From: a virus
DNA: 64,000 bases
IMG/VR virus record: IMGVR_UViG_3300032770_000009
Location: 1 to 64,000 of that record
Direction: 5' to 3' (one strand)
Shown here: in pieces, positions 10,367 to 20,764 of the stretch
How the letters are laid out: the number at the start of each line of letters is the position of its first letter
How positions within the stretch are numbered: the first letter of the stretch is position 1
The notes under the pieces: model-generated
The model's database searches: none
What the model was told of the DNA's origin: nothing
Seen by the model: the letters and a program-made list of their open reading frames with translations, nothing else
Position numbers and translations under genes: made by a program

Positions 10367-11632
10367 TTAGTAGATAAAGTCTATTCGTTCTTGAGCCAAC
10401 TGGCGTATATGACTATTGACCCACGGTCCTATATTCCACTGTGTGTTAGCTGTAACTGATGCGGCTGAAAGTGTATCCCACTTAGTTAGCCATTCGGGAT
10501 CAACTTGTCCTATTGTAGTCCATTCTACCAAAATATTTTTGGCTACAGCTTTAAGTGTATTCCATTCGGTGCCTATGGTAACTACGACAGGGCCATCAGG
10601 ATCTAGGCCCGTAACCCAGTGGGTCAGCAACAGCACATCTTCTGCCGCCAATGTATTCCATTTTACTAGTTTCAAGTTTACTATACGGCCCAAAATATTG
10701 AATCTAATATTATTAAGAACAGCTACTAATTGCTTTGTGTTCCACTGAATATTTTTCAGTAGATCGACATCTTCTAACGTATTCCACTCAGTAAGTAATA
10801 ATTTCGTAACCAAGTTAATCTTAGTCACTGTGCCTAACGGTGCGGCTACTCGTACATTTGCAGTCAATCCGTTTATATTTAAAGGCTTTTCAAGAGATCC
10901 TATAGGAGCCGCTACTGAAACATTAGAAGTAGGAAGATGCGGGCTGATAGTAACAGTACCAGTATGTGCCTGAGACGTAACCGATGCAGTCAACCCATTT
11001 ACTGATGTTTTTACAAAAGATCTACTGGTATTAGCGACGGTTACTTTAGCAACATGACCTGCCTGGGACTCAGATACAGTACCAAGACGAGCAGTAACCG
11101 ATGCTGCTGCTTGTGGCAATGATGGACGTATAGCAACAGTGCCCATATGTGCTTGAGCTGTAACCGATGATGCTATCCCAGTAACAGAAATATTTGCAAC
11201 GTGGCTATTAGCTGTGATAGCTACAGTTGATGTTATTCCTGCTACAGAAGTACCAATAGTTCCGTAATAAGCGGACGAATTTACATTGGTGCCTAGTCCT
11301 TCTATGTCTACCACAGCAGCACCAATTGGTGCTGCTGTGGTAGCGCGAGCTGTAAGTCCGTTAACAGTGATGCCTACTATAAAACCAGAATTCAAATCCT
11401 GTATATTATGTGCACCCTCGTCAAGTATAGAGTTACCAAGTTCATCTAAAATTATATTACCTGGTGTGGCTACCGAAACAGAGGAAACAAGCCCAGCAGG
11501 GGATATCACTACTGTACCAACATGTGCGGTAGCGGTTACAGTAGCGATGTGACCTGTTACAGTTATTTTTTCAGTTCCGATTGGAGCTGCTACTGTAACA
11601 GCAGATACCAAACCAGATATATTAATTGCCAT
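10367..11632 (-). CDS. Virion structural protein with Thr/Val/Ala-rich and W-N-T repeats
   Basis: Repeating GxxAxVTxxAxxGTV units, then (E/Q/K)WNT repeats. Confidence 0.5.
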   Translation of the reverse strand: MAINISGLVSAVTVAAPIGTEKITVTGHIATVTATAHVGTVVISPAGLVSSVSVATPGNIILDELGNSILDEGAHNIQDLNSGFIVGITVNGLTARATTAAPIGAAVVDIEGLGTNVNSSAYYGTIGTSVAGITSTVAITANSHVANISVTGIASSVTAQAHMGTVAIRPSLPQAAASVTARLGTVSESQAGHVAKVTVANTSRSFVKTSVNGLTASVTSQAHTGTVTISPHLPTSNVSVAAPIGSLEKPLNINGLTANVRVAAPLGTVTKINLVTKLLLTEWNTLEDVDLLKNIQWNTKQLVAVLNNIRFNILGRIVNLKLVKWNTLAAEDVLLLTHWVTGLDPDGPVVVTIGTEWNTLKAVAKNILVEWTTIGQVDPEWLTKWDTLSAASVTANTQWNIGPWVNSHIRQLAQERIDFIY

Positions 11633-11635
11633 TTA

Positions 11636-12115
11636 TTAGCTTGATGTCCAAGTAGCAATACCAGAAGCGTTAATTGTAAGACTGAATGTCTGTCCTGATA
11701 TGACCTGTGAGCCGCCGAAATCCCAGTAAGCTATAAGAAGACCAGCGGTATCAGAGCTGCCACCTGCTGTATAGTCATAGAAGAATGCATAGTTAGCAGT
11801 CCATGTGGCTGTAGTCCATGAAGGATTAGCAGATGTAAGAGTCGATACAAGACCCGACTCTGTAAAAGTCACAGAAGTAAGAGTAAATCTAGAAGCGGGA
11901 GAAGCACCTGTATAGTTTACCTCAGTAAGAGCACCGCCACCGCCTGAACCCGCGTTGGCTAGAAACTGAGCTACAGTTGTGTAAGCTTCAGTAGCAGCAA
12001 CCCAGTTGAAAGTACCAGAAGCTAATCCTACTTTAAGAGTATCAGATGATAAGTTAACCGCATGTGTACCCATTGCCTGTGTAAAATTAGGGAAAATATG
12101 TGCCGCAGCAGCCAT
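11636..12115 (-). CDS. Virion structural protein
   Basis: NLSSDTLKVGL...LIAYWDFG, seen in small phage fibre-associated proteins; context. Confidence 0.5.
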   Translation of the reverse strand: MAAAAHIFPNFTQAMGTHAVNLSSDTLKVGLASGTFNWVAATEAYTTVAQFLANAGSGGGGALTEVNYTGASPASRFTLTSVTFTESGLVSTLTSANPSWTTATWTANYAFFYDYTAGGSSDTAGLLIAYWDFGGSQVISGQTFSLTINASGIATWTSS

Positions 12116-12126
12116 GTTTTATTTCC

Positions 12127-12705
12127 TTAAGCCATTGTGTCGAAGTTAATTTGAATGCCAGCACCGTCATTATTTACTGGACTTGTATTAGCGGCTGAAC
12201 GCTTAAGCCACAATGCATATACATATCCCGGTTGTATAGTACCAAGATAAATACCGTTAGCATAGCTGTTGCCTGATACGGGAACAGTGCTGGTGTTTGA
12301 CACCCAGCCTGAAACTCCAGATGGAGCAATAGTATTTGATGTGATCTTTACTGCTTGCTGTGATGTCGATCCTAGCAATGAAGCTCCTGTAGGATCTGCT
12401 GCTATCTGTAAACTAGCGCCACCTGCAATATAAGATGAAGTTGGCAGCCATGCTACAGTATTTAGCATTGAGTTGCCTGATGCTGTATTATTATGAACAA
12501 AAATACAAGCATAGTCTACCTGACTAGCCGCATTCTCAGCACCAGTGATGTCAGAGAAAATATTATCCAGGGGAGTATTGGAAACTACTGTAGTTGCAAT
12601 ATAGTTACCCCAAGAATTGCCAGGTGTTCCTCCTGTTGTGTTGCCTGCTGTAGCACCTGGTGCTGACAGCTTAAGCAGGATATCTGATGCGACGATTGCG
12701 GTCAT
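12127..12705 (-). CDS. Virion structural protein
   Basis: Long ORF in the structural operon. Confidence 0.5.
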   Translation of the reverse strand: MTAIVASDILLKLSAPGATAGNTTGGTPGNSWGNYIATTVVSNTPLDNIFSDITGAENAASQVDYACIFVHNNTASGNSMLNTVAWLPTSSYIAGGASLQIAADPTGASLLGSTSQQAVKITSNTIAPSGVSGWVSNTSTVPVSGNSYANGIYLGTIQPGYVYALWLKRSAANTSPVNNDGAGIQINFDTMA

Positions 12706-12712
12706 GGAAATC

Positions 12713-13225
12713 CTAAGAATCTGTAATAGTTAGAGCCGCTGGTGCTAGTGTAATAGACTGAGTCGCTAGAACCTGTTGCGGTGAAGAGAGAGTAAATGTT
12801 TCTAGAAGAAGACCAGTGGTACCAGTAGGGACTGATACTAGAGCTAACCACTGACATGGGAGTGTCATGTTAACTGAGAAAGGACCGAAAGTTATAAGAG
12901 CTGAATTCTGTATCGAAACAGGAGTACCGGAAGCGGCGGGATTCCAGTCAACAGATTGCCTTGAATAGCCGCTGTCTGTACATTCAGCTAACTGAGTTAT
13001 AGTAGTAGAACCTGTAGGATCTGCTGTTAGAAGTGCCAGATAAGGACCACCCACTGACACCCATGATGTGCCGTTCCATATCTGCACAGTAGAAGCATTG
13101 GAAGCGTTAACCCAATACTGACCTAGAACTCCAGAAGCTGGTGTAGAAGTTTGTACTAAAGGAGCGGCCACTCCTGTTACAGAATTCAACTGAAACATTG
13201 AACCTTGTTGCGCGACACCTGTCAT
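12713..13225 (-). CDS. Virion structural protein (fibre-associated)
   Basis: YLALLTADP...GYSRQSV motif; context. Confidence 0.5.
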   Translation of the reverse strand: MTGVAQQGSMFQLNSVTGVAAPLVQTSTPASGVLGQYWVNASNASTVQIWNGTSWVSVGGPYLALLTADPTGSTTITQLAECTDSGYSRQSVDWNPAASGTPVSIQNSALITFGPFSVNMTLPCQWLALVSVPTGTTGLLLETFTLSSPQQVLATQSITLAPAALTITDS

Positions 13226-13228
13226 ATG

Positions 13229-13666
13229 TTATGCGCCTCCCATATAAGAAACATAGCCTTTGTCGTTAAGATGATCTGCTACCTCACGCGGTACCCTGTA
13301 TAGTTGACCTTCTGAGAATGAATACATTTTCATAGATCCCATAACAGCGGGACGGCGTAGAGACAGATCAGGATTATCGTAGTCACCGGGATCGCTAACT
13401 TCTCTGCCGTAAGTCATCTGATCAATATCTTGATTTACTCTGATCATCCGGTAAGGAGTATTAACTTCTGCCTGACGAACCTCTACTACCGGCAGTGGTT
13501 CATTTGAGTCAGTATAGTCTACGATTTGTTCCTTAGCAGCCTGCTGCTGTGCGTTAACAAGGGCTATTCTCTGAGAAGCTTCAAGTATTTCGGTCTTACG
13601 AGCTTCTTGCAGTTCTTCTGTTAACTTACCTGTTAAGTCGGCTGCTCTTTTTCTTGATGCTGGCAT
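13229..13666 (-). CDS. Hypothetical protein downstream of the capsid gene
   Basis: ORF with ribosome-binding site (GAGGA). Confidence 0.6.
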   Translation of the reverse strand: MPASRKRAADLTGKLTEELQEARKTEILEASQRIALVNAQQQAAKEQIVDYTDSNEPLPVVEVRQAEVNTPYRMIRVNQDIDQMTYGREVSDPGDYDNPDLSLRRPAVMGSMKMYSFSEGQLYRVPREVADHLNDKGYVSYMGGA

Positions 13667-13706
13667 ATTATTCCTCTTTTCAGTTCTTCTGTTTGTACTT
13701 ACTGAT

Positions 13707-13734
13707 AGGCGGGGGTAGCAAGCTACCCCCGCCT
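13707..13734 (-). terminator. GC-rich hairpin after the major capsid gene
   Basis: aggcgggggtagc-aa-gctacccccgcct perfect inverted repeat. Confidence 0.6.
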
Positions 13735-13755
13735 TCTATATTACACTAAGATAAG

Positions 13756-14760
13756 TTAGTTTGTCTGTGCTACTAGTACAGACTGATCTGTAATAAGACC
13801 AAGACCCCATATAGCATACCATGCTAATGCATGTTCTCTTCCGAAGTCTAATATACCACCATCACGTAGTTCTACTGGCAATGAAATTGCATGACCAAAT
13901 GCGTTATCACCAATAAAGATAGCGTTGTAGTAAAGTGGGTTAGATGTGTTAGCTGCTACATAGTTGTTGTAAACTTGTGTAGTTTCAATGAATACTACAT
14001 CGTTAAGTCTGCCGATTTCACCAAGTAGGAAGTTTCCTGGTGCCGCATACTTTGTTACTTCAATAAACTCAGGATCATCACGTAGCTGACGTGACTGGTG
14101 TGGGTGAATGAAACAAACATATGTTTCTCCCAGCCTTGGCACATTCTTAGTTGCTAGTGTTTCCTGTGCGTCCTTAACAACAGCAGTTGTGAATGAGTAG
14201 TTTCCTACTGACAATGCTGATGATGATGTTGCCGCAGCGCCGTGGTCATATGGTGACAATGGTGTACGAACTGCTGTTGACAGCGCGAACTTGTTGTAAC
14301 CAAAGATCATTGATGAAGCCTGGTACAGTGTGTCTCTTGCACTACCATCTAGGTACAGTGCCATGTTACGTCCAAGTAGACGTGAACCTGACGCCATAAC
14401 ATCATCAAATGATGCATTAAGTAGTAGTTCTGAAACTGCGATAGCAAAGCCCTGCTCTGCTACAGTTATATCAAACTGAGATGCTGTAAGAGGATTTGTT
14501 TCCATACGTACACCTTCTACCAACTGTGACGCTGGAGGAAGATTATTGTACCTCATGAAGTGTATTGTCAAACCGGGCTGTACGCCAAGCTCTGTTTTCT
14601 TAACAGCAAATTGCTCGAAGCGTAAAATTGGCATTGCCTGGAACAAAATTTCTTTGCTCCAAATTGTTTGTACGGCTGGTGTAAGCTGCGATGAACCACC
14701 TGCATATGCTGTGGGTGATGCACTCATAAAGCTTGTTCCAGTAATCGCTGAACCGGCCAT
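13756..14760 (-). CDS. Major capsid protein (N4 gp56-like HK97 fold)
   Basis: PILRFEQFAVKKTELG, CFIHPHQSRQLRDD, GEIGR, DFGREH motifs; follows scaffold and portal. Confidence 0.9.
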   Translation of the reverse strand: MAGSAITGTSFMSASPTAYAGGSSQLTPAVQTIWSKEILFQAMPILRFEQFAVKKTELGVQPGLTIHFMRYNNLPPASQLVEGVRMETNPLTASQFDITVAEQGFAIAVSELLLNASFDDVMASGSRLLGRNMALYLDGSARDTLYQASSMIFGYNKFALSTAVRTPLSPYDHGAAATSSSALSVGNYSFTTAVVKDAQETLATKNVPRLGETYVCFIHPHQSRQLRDDPEFIEVTKYAAPGNFLLGEIGRLNDVVFIETTQVYNNYVAANTSNPLYYNAIFIGDNAFGHAISLPVELRDGGILDFGREHALAWYAIWGLGLITDQSVLVAQTN

Positions 14761-14795
14761 GAAGGCTTAGTCCTTTCTTATACTAGTATTCGATA

Positions 14796-15614
14796 TTAGG
14801 AGAATAGCCCGTGGCCGCTGCCTGCTCGGTCCATACCTGCTTGGCGACGATATTCGGCGTAATCTCTCATCGACATATTAGCTATTTGTTCTCTTGTAAG
14901 CTGTCTGTTAGCCGGTGATAGATTATCTAATGGGCTGAAAGGTGCTCCCGTAGGAGAAGTCCCCATTGGGAATGAAGGTGCTGGATTCGAACCCATAGCA
15001 GCATTAACTATTGCTGCGGTCTTCTCCTGTGCCTTCTTAATGGATGCTTCTACTTGTTCCTCATTGTCCCCTGTTATATATTCTGCTAAGTCAGGAATAA
15101 TAGTAGTAGCGTTTATTTCTTCGTTGATTCGTCTCTGAATATACGCTTTCAACGCCTGGTACTTGTTTTCCATCTCCATAGTTGCAAGCTTACGGTCCCA
15201 ATCGGCCTGTAGCTTTTCCTGCTGAGTCTGGAAATCAGCTTGCTGTCTCTCTAGAAGCTCCTGAACTGAAAGTTTTTCATTTTCCAGTCTCTTAGCTTCT
15301 GCTTCAGCAGCTTGCCTTTGCTTTGTTAATTCATCATCTCTTGCCTTTTTGTCCGCCATCAGTGAATCTACAGTCGATTTGAATTCATTCATCTGTGCAG
15401 TAGTCTTCTCTAGTCTGTCATAAAGCTTATCTTTTTCTTGCTGGCGAGCGCGTTCTAGATCTGCTTCTGTAAAGTACCGAGTTTCCTGCTGTACAGGCTG
15501 ACTTATCTGACTGTAATTAGCATACTGACTTACCGGCATTCCTGTGATAGAGTTAGGAGCACCACCAAGTTGTACTGATGTGTCTGATGGAATAGTAATA
15601 TTAGGCGTAGTCAT
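14796..15614 (-). CDS. Capsid scaffolding protein
   Basis: Coiled-coil, EKDKLY motif, C-terminal IANMSMRDYAEYR; directly upstream of the capsid gene. Confidence 0.75.
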   Translation of the reverse strand: MTTPNITIPSDTSVQLGGAPNSITGMPVSQYANYSQISQPVQQETRYFTEADLERARQQEKDKLYDRLEKTTAQMNEFKSTVDSLMADKKARDDELTKQRQAAEAEAKRLENEKLSVQELLERQQADFQTQQEKLQADWDRKLATMEMENKYQALKAYIQRRINEEINATTIIPDLAEYITGDNEEQVEASIKKAQEKTAAIVNAAMGSNPAPSFPMGTSPTGAPFSPLDNLSPANRQLTREQIANMSMRDYAEYRRQAGMDRAGSGHGLFS

Positions 15615-15739
15615 AAATAGTCCTTCCGTCGTCTTCCGAATAAGCCCCGAATATTTAGCGTGTAATTTGTAAAAGAGATTTGAATTTGATTATATTGTAC
15701 TACATATTAGCGGGGAGTTATAACCCCCCGGCTAAAAGT

Positions 15740-17476
15740 TTAATCTTGCGAAGATTCGTTCTTTCCAAAGTTTCTAACTTGCGGTAGTTTCGTACCAAAA
15801 GCCATAGTTGTGATATTACTCATCATATTTGTACCTTTGATACCAGTCACATCAGAGATAGTAGGAACAGCAGGTAGTATTCCCTTTGTGTCCACGTTAT
15901 CCATGGCTGATGCCGGCTTTCCTGGCTCTTCAGGCTTTGGCTTGTCATCTTGTTCAGCGTAACCCTCAGGTACAAGACCTGTAAGTTTCTGAATGTAAGC
16001 AGCCACTATACCCTGACGAATCTGTATTGCTGCTTCCTGTTCCATATCATGGATCTTCTCTTCAAAGATTTCCTGGAACTTCTCATCTGGGAATTCGACA
16101 CCAAGATCACGTAGCGCTCCGATATTTGATTCCAGACCAAGAGCTTTCTTAGCTTGTATTTCTGTAAGTTTAATAGTCTGGTCAACAGGCAACGGAGGAG
16201 GCCATGAAACCGTTATATCATATACCCCTGGATCGTTAGGATCAATCATCGGCATCTGCGATGGTTCCTGCATTATTCCTTCAGTATTAGGGTTATAAAT
16301 AAGATTCTCTGGCTCGAATAAGAATAGTGTCTTAAGCGCCATTTCTGAGATTCTTTTTATACCCTTTTCATACTGAATTTTTTTCTGCTTATAAGCATGC
16401 ATAGTAGGCATATACTGAATAGCTAATGCCACACCAGAAGTATTAGAGATAGCTTGTGCGGTACCAAGAGCGGCTTCAGGTATGCCGATCATTTCATGCA
16501 TACCTAGTTTAAGCATCTGAAGGAAATCGACAGCAGGACCAAGTGTAGAGAAATCTGATGCTAGGTTCTGTACAGATGCATCTTTAGATCTTAGTGACCA
16601 TATCTTGTTAGCTGATTTCTCAAGGTTAGCCGCTGACGCTCCCGTTATAATAGTTACTGGCGCTGTAGAGTAGTTGATGATATCAGATATCTCTGTAGCT
16701 TTTTCATTAAAATCACGATTAAGCGGGATAACGTCAATAATGTCTGACAATCCCCAAGGAGAAGCTGATGCTACTTTGTTAGCAATATGTACAACGGGAA
16801 TAAAGCCCATAGGGTTAGGACGACGATCGATAAGCTCGTCGTCCACGTATTCCTCAATCCATTCATCGTCAATTATTTCTACGTAGGTATGAACTTGTCG
16901 TGTACCTTCTATAGTGTCGCCCCAGAAACGATATTTAAGCTTGAATCTTATGAGGCGCTCACGATCATGGGGATGCCATGAAGGGAAGCAGAATGACGCA
17001 TTAAGGGGAAGCAATCTTACTCTGCCAGGGTGAGGATTGCCAGCGGGATCAATATAAGCGGGATCATATGCAACTTTAACGAATGCGTCTCCTTGTACCG
17101 ATCCCTGATTTCCTATAGTCCATAGAGTTTGCAGTTTGTCATTGTCTTTAGACCAGATACGATCAAGAAGCGCAGGCACTATATGCTGGTATGCTTCGTC
17201 TGACTCAAAGATAACGCCGTTAGCAAACGTAAAGTTTGTTAGCCAGTCAGACAACGCACGTACATAGTTGAATGTAATCTGAGGTTCGCCTGCTTCTCTC
17301 CTGTATGCCCAGTGATGACCAAGATAGAAAGCCCATGCCTGAGCGTAACGGTTTAGTCTAGGACCGTGTACTTCAAATTCTTCGTCTGATAATTCGACAA
17401 GCCCAAGCGGCGAGATGGCAATTGTTAAATCGCTTCCCGCCGCTCTATAACTCGGTGATACGAAATCTATACTCAA
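15740..17476 (-). CDS. Portal protein
   Basis: NPMGFIPVVHI, GLSDI, SNTSGVAL, WPPPLPVD motifs of SPP1 gp6-like portals. Confidence 0.88.
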   Translation of the reverse strand: MSIDFVSPSYRAAGSDLTIAISPLGLVELSDEEFEVHGPRLNRYAQAWAFYLGHHWAYRREAGEPQITFNYVRALSDWLTNFTFANGVIFESDEAYQHIVPALLDRIWSKDNDKLQTLWTIGNQGSVQGDAFVKVAYDPAYIDPAGNPHPGRVRLLPLNASFCFPSWHPHDRERLIRFKLKYRFWGDTIEGTRQVHTYVEIIDDEWIEEYVDDELIDRRPNPMGFIPVVHIANKVASASPWGLSDIIDVIPLNRDFNEKATEISDIINYSTAPVTIITGASAANLEKSANKIWSLRSKDASVQNLASDFSTLGPAVDFLQMLKLGMHEMIGIPEAALGTAQAISNTSGVALAIQYMPTMHAYKQKKIQYEKGIKRISEMALKTLFLFEPENLIYNPNTEGIMQEPSQMPMIDPNDPGVYDITVSWPPPLPVDQTIKLTEIQAKKALGLESNIGALRDLGVEFPDEKFQEIFEEKIHDMEQEAAIQIRQGIVAAYIQKLTGLVPEGYAEQDDKPKPEEPGKPASAMDNVDTKGILPAVPTISDVTGIKGTNMMSNITTMAFGTKLPQVRNFGKNESSQD

Positions 17477-17488
17477 TTAATACTCCTT

Positions 17489-18919
17489 TTAGGCTACATA
17501 TCCAGTACCAGCAATATGTGCATACCATACATTGTCTGCTGGGATATAGGTCATTATATATTTAGTTACGGTATTAGCTGATGTATTAAGTGTAACAGTA
17601 GGCGCTGTTGGGAAGTGAACATTGGATGGCCACGATATAGTAGCGCCGCCTCCAGATGGTTGCTTAGCTAAAACTACTATCTGCTTTCCGTAACCAGCAG
17701 CACCAGATGTAACCCCGTCAAATACAAGTGTATTAGAACCAGATGCTAACTGGAATGTCTGAATATCACCAAACTGCAAGAATAAAGTGTTCTCAAACAG
17801 ACCATCACTAGTTGCGGCTCCTGCTAATACATAGTCCGTACCACCCATGATAGCAAGACCGTCACCAGCATCCATTATTCCTAGTACACTATCATTGATA
17901 ATACCACTGAATCCTACAGGATTGTTATTAGGATTATAGTAACCACGAAAAGGTATAACTACATCTCCTGAAGTTGTGGCTACATTAGCAAACGAGAGTA
18001 CGCCAGTGCATCCGGCTATCTGTGATGCCGCTGAAGAGGAACCCATGTAAATAGTGTAGTGACTTTGATATCCGGTTGTAGCACCAGATGCGGGGGCATT
18101 TTCTACACTTATATTTAAATGGCTGTTGCTTATATAACTAGATCCGCTTCCTCCTGCTGGCTCAAGTGCTAATACTGAAGCAGTATTAGTAGATGCCACA
18201 TAGAAATTACCTCTTATACGAAGAGAGCATCCCTGTAACTGCGTACTGCTTTTTAGATATACGCCGCCTTGTGCCGGACCAGCTACTATAAGGAAATCAA
18301 AATTAGAGTAGTCAAAACTACCTGCTTCAAATACAACCGCTGTTCCGTTGCTTACAAGAATAGCCTGAATATTATTCTCTTCAGCCCATGCCCCGCCTGA
18401 GTTAACTCCGTGAAGTCCAGTACCTGCGAACTCGTAGATACCCACGTCGTTAATAACTAATCCTTGCAAATTACCGAATTGGATTCCGTTAGGAGTTCCT
18501 GTACCAGTAGAGCCGTTAAAAGATATACCTTTTACTGTACCAGCATTGAGAGAATCATCAAATGAACCGCTTGTGTTAATAGTTAAACAAGTTGAACTTC
18601 CAGTATAGTTAATGGTTACAGTAGAGGAACCATCACCTATAATATTCTGATCTTGAATCAAATGTAAGAAAGTAGAGCATTTGTAAGTACCAGTAGGAAT
18701 ATAAACGGTTGCAGGTGAAGAACCGATAGCAGTCTGAACTGCTGCAAACGCTGATGTAGAATCTGTAACCCCAGTCGGATCAGCGCCATAGAATACTACA
18801 TTGTATGTTGGAGGTAATAGTTCTATTACCTGATCTAGTGCTGCTGTAATCAAATTATGGTCAGATGTATGACCCGCGTCACCAACAGAATGACTACTAG
18901 GTATGTCCCATGAAACCAA
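17489..18919 (-). CDS. Beta-helix (pectate-lyase-3-like) virion protein / putative depolymerase
   Basis: YNVVFYGADPTGVTDSTSAF...VYIPTGTY. Confidence 0.75.
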   Translation of the reverse strand: MVSWDIPSSHSVGDAGHTSDHNLITAALDQVIELLPPTYNVVFYGADPTGVTDSTSAFAAVQTAIGSSPATVYIPTGTYKCSTFLHLIQDQNIIGDGSSTVTINYTGSSTCLTINTSGSFDDSLNAGTVKGISFNGSTGTGTPNGIQFGNLQGLVINDVGIYEFAGTGLHGVNSGGAWAEENNIQAILVSNGTAVVFEAGSFDYSNFDFLIVAGPAQGGVYLKSSTQLQGCSLRIRGNFYVASTNTASVLALEPAGGSGSSYISNSHLNISVENAPASGATTGYQSHYTIYMGSSSAASQIAGCTGVLSFANVATTSGDVVIPFRGYYNPNNNPVGFSGIINDSVLGIMDAGDGLAIMGGTDYVLAGAATSDGLFENTLFLQFGDIQTFQLASGSNTLVFDGVTSGAAGYGKQIVVLAKQPSGGGATISWPSNVHFPTAPTVTLNTSANTVTKYIMTYIPADNVWYAHIAGTGYVA

Positions 18920-18928
18920 TTAAATCCC

Positions 18929-19141
18929 CTACGCTACTCTATGTGATCTTCTACCAGCTCTGTTATGATGCAGATGCTTATCCTGGGCTTTAGGTAGACC
19001 CCCACCAGATGAAATTTTCATAGTCTTAGAAACTCCAGGATCACCAGAGAATTTCGTCATAGTGTTCTGTGACTTGGGGTCTACTCTCCTCTGCCTTTTA
19101 CCCTTAAATTGGCCCTGCGATAACACTGATGCCTGAGCCAT
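18929..19141 (-). CDS. Small basic protein
   Basis: K/R/H-rich 70 aa ORF in the operon. Confidence 0.5.
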   Translation of the reverse strand: MAQASVLSQGQFKGKRQRRVDPKSQNTMTKFSGDPGVSKTMKISSGGGLPKAQDKHLHHNRAGRRSHRVA

Positions 19142-19151
19142 ATTAAAATCC

Positions 19152-19613
19152 TTAGTCCATTACTTCCGCTGGTGAACGACGCATCCATCTACGGCCAAGA
19201 CCAGTGCCCCGCATTACTTCCTGGTAACGACGCTCTGCTGCTACTGAATCTGTTCCGCTGGCAAATTCGCTAAGATAAGTAGGTGCTTCAGGCCATGACG
19301 CTGAGCCTACATGTGCACGCTCTCTCATAGTTTCTGCTGGCCACTTCTCGTAAACGTTCATATTATGACCGCGTGCTGTGGTTGTGTAACCCTGTGACGC
19401 GCCATTAGAAAACTCTGACGGAAGATCAGTATCAGAAGCTAGACCCTCATAGAAACGCGCTGGTCCTTGCTGACCCGGTGCATTAGGTGCACCTTTACGC
19501 TCGTAGTATGTTGGTACACGCTCTGGGAACTGCGGTGCTGGTGCTATAGATGCGCCTGTTCCTGCTTTTCCTGTGTTAAAGCCTGTTGGCTCTGAATATA
19601 ATTGCTTTGCCAT
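19152..19613 (-). CDS. Hypothetical virion-associated protein
   Basis: ORF in the structural operon; MRERAHVGSASWPEAP motif. Confidence 0.55.
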   Translation of the reverse strand: MAKQLYSEPTGFNTGKAGTGASIAPAPQFPERVPTYYERKGAPNAPGQQGPARFYEGLASDTDLPSEFSNGASQGYTTTARGHNMNVYEKWPAETMRERAHVGSASWPEAPTYLSEFASGTDSVAAERRYQEVMRGTGLGRRWMRRSPAEVMD

Positions 19614-19615
19614 TT

Positions 19616-20026
19616 TTATCCTGTCCCTTCGACAGACCAGCCTGTGCTAGAACCACTTAAGTATACAGTTGTGCCAGGTGATGTCTTCTGTCCGTAAAGT
19701 GAGTAACCGTTAGGTTGTATTTCCGCTGGGGTTCCTGGTGTTCCTCCAGCTAAAGTCCCTTTTTGAATAACAGTAGCTGCCTGTGTCCAGTAAGGAAGTT
19801 CATTAGCGATCACTAATTTTTTCCCTGCTGGTATAGCGACAGTATGGTCTGTTCCGCTAGCTGGTGATGTAGTTATAGTGCTTACATAAATAGTAGCACT
19901 AGCATCTAAATTTTCTACAGCCACGTAAGCATAGCGAATTGGAACTCCTGCGCTAGTACCATCTGAGGTAAAAGCTACTGGTGAATTAGTGCCGCTGTAA
20001 GATTGCTTAGCGTATGAAGTAGCCAT
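19616..20026 (-). CDS. Putative virion structural protein
   Basis: Ser/Thr/Gly-rich; context. Confidence 0.5.
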   Translation of the reverse strand: MATSYAKQSYSGTNSPVAFTSDGTSAGVPIRYAYVAVENLDASATIYVSTITTSPASGTDHTVAIPAGKKLVIANELPYWTQAATVIQKGTLAGGTPGTPAEIQPNGYSLYGQKTSPGTTVYLSGSSTGWSVEGTG

Positions 20027-20029
20027 AAT

Positions 20030-20686
20030 TTAGCGAAGACCCACCCATGGGATAGTTGCGCCTAGAGTTGATGTACCAAAAACAGAAGCAGTAGTTAGCG
20101 TACCAGTTAGCGTACCAACTGTACCCGCACGGTAAGTTGTAGTAATTGTGTACGCAGGATTAGAAGCATTTGTAATATATGATGCTGGATCTGTCATAGT
20201 AGCCACTGTAGTTGCCGCAGAACCAAACAATGTAACAAAATAGCTTTGGCCACCAGTCAGAGTTACTGATGTAGCTGAACCTGTACCGTTAAAAGTAAGC
20301 GAGTTAAGAGCACCTAGTGATGCTGCTGTAGCTGCGGAGAATGCTAATGGTGTAGCTGTTCCCGCTGGAGCTGTTGCAGGCCATAGACCAACGGTTATAT
20401 TACCTGCTGTAGCCACTGCGATAAGATCTACATGTGAACATGTAAATGACTGAGGTACATAGATAAGTACAGCGGTTGTCGGTGTTGCAATTGAAACTGC
20501 TGTATCTTTAGCTAAGATAGGATCGTAAGTCCAAGCTGAATAGCCTGTGCGAAGTGCCGGATTGATAATCGATGAAGCAGCAGCGCCATAGCTTTCAAGT
20601 GACTTATTTGAATTGAAAGTAGTTGACTGGTTTGTCCAGCCGTAGCCAGTAACGTCAATGCCGTCTGGTCCTACTGATGTTGCCAT
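20030..20686 (-). CDS. Putative virion structural protein
   Basis: Ala/Thr-rich; shares WT(Y/C)DP motif with 20765-21616. Confidence 0.5.
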   Translation of the reverse strand: MATSVGPDGIDVTGYGWTNQSTTFNSNKSLESYGAAASSIINPALRTGYSAWTYDPILAKDTAVSIATPTTAVLIYVPQSFTCSHVDLIAVATAGNITVGLWPATAPAGTATPLAFSAATAASLGALNSLTFNGTGSATSVTLTGGQSYFVTLFGSAATTVATMTDPASYITNASNPAYTITTTYRAGTVGTLTGTLTTASVFGTSTLGATIPWVGLR

Positions 20687-20764
20687 AAGATTTTTTCCTT
20701 TACGTAAAGAAAGTTTTTACTAAGCCTAAGTATACACTATCTGTGAACTATTTAATATTATCTG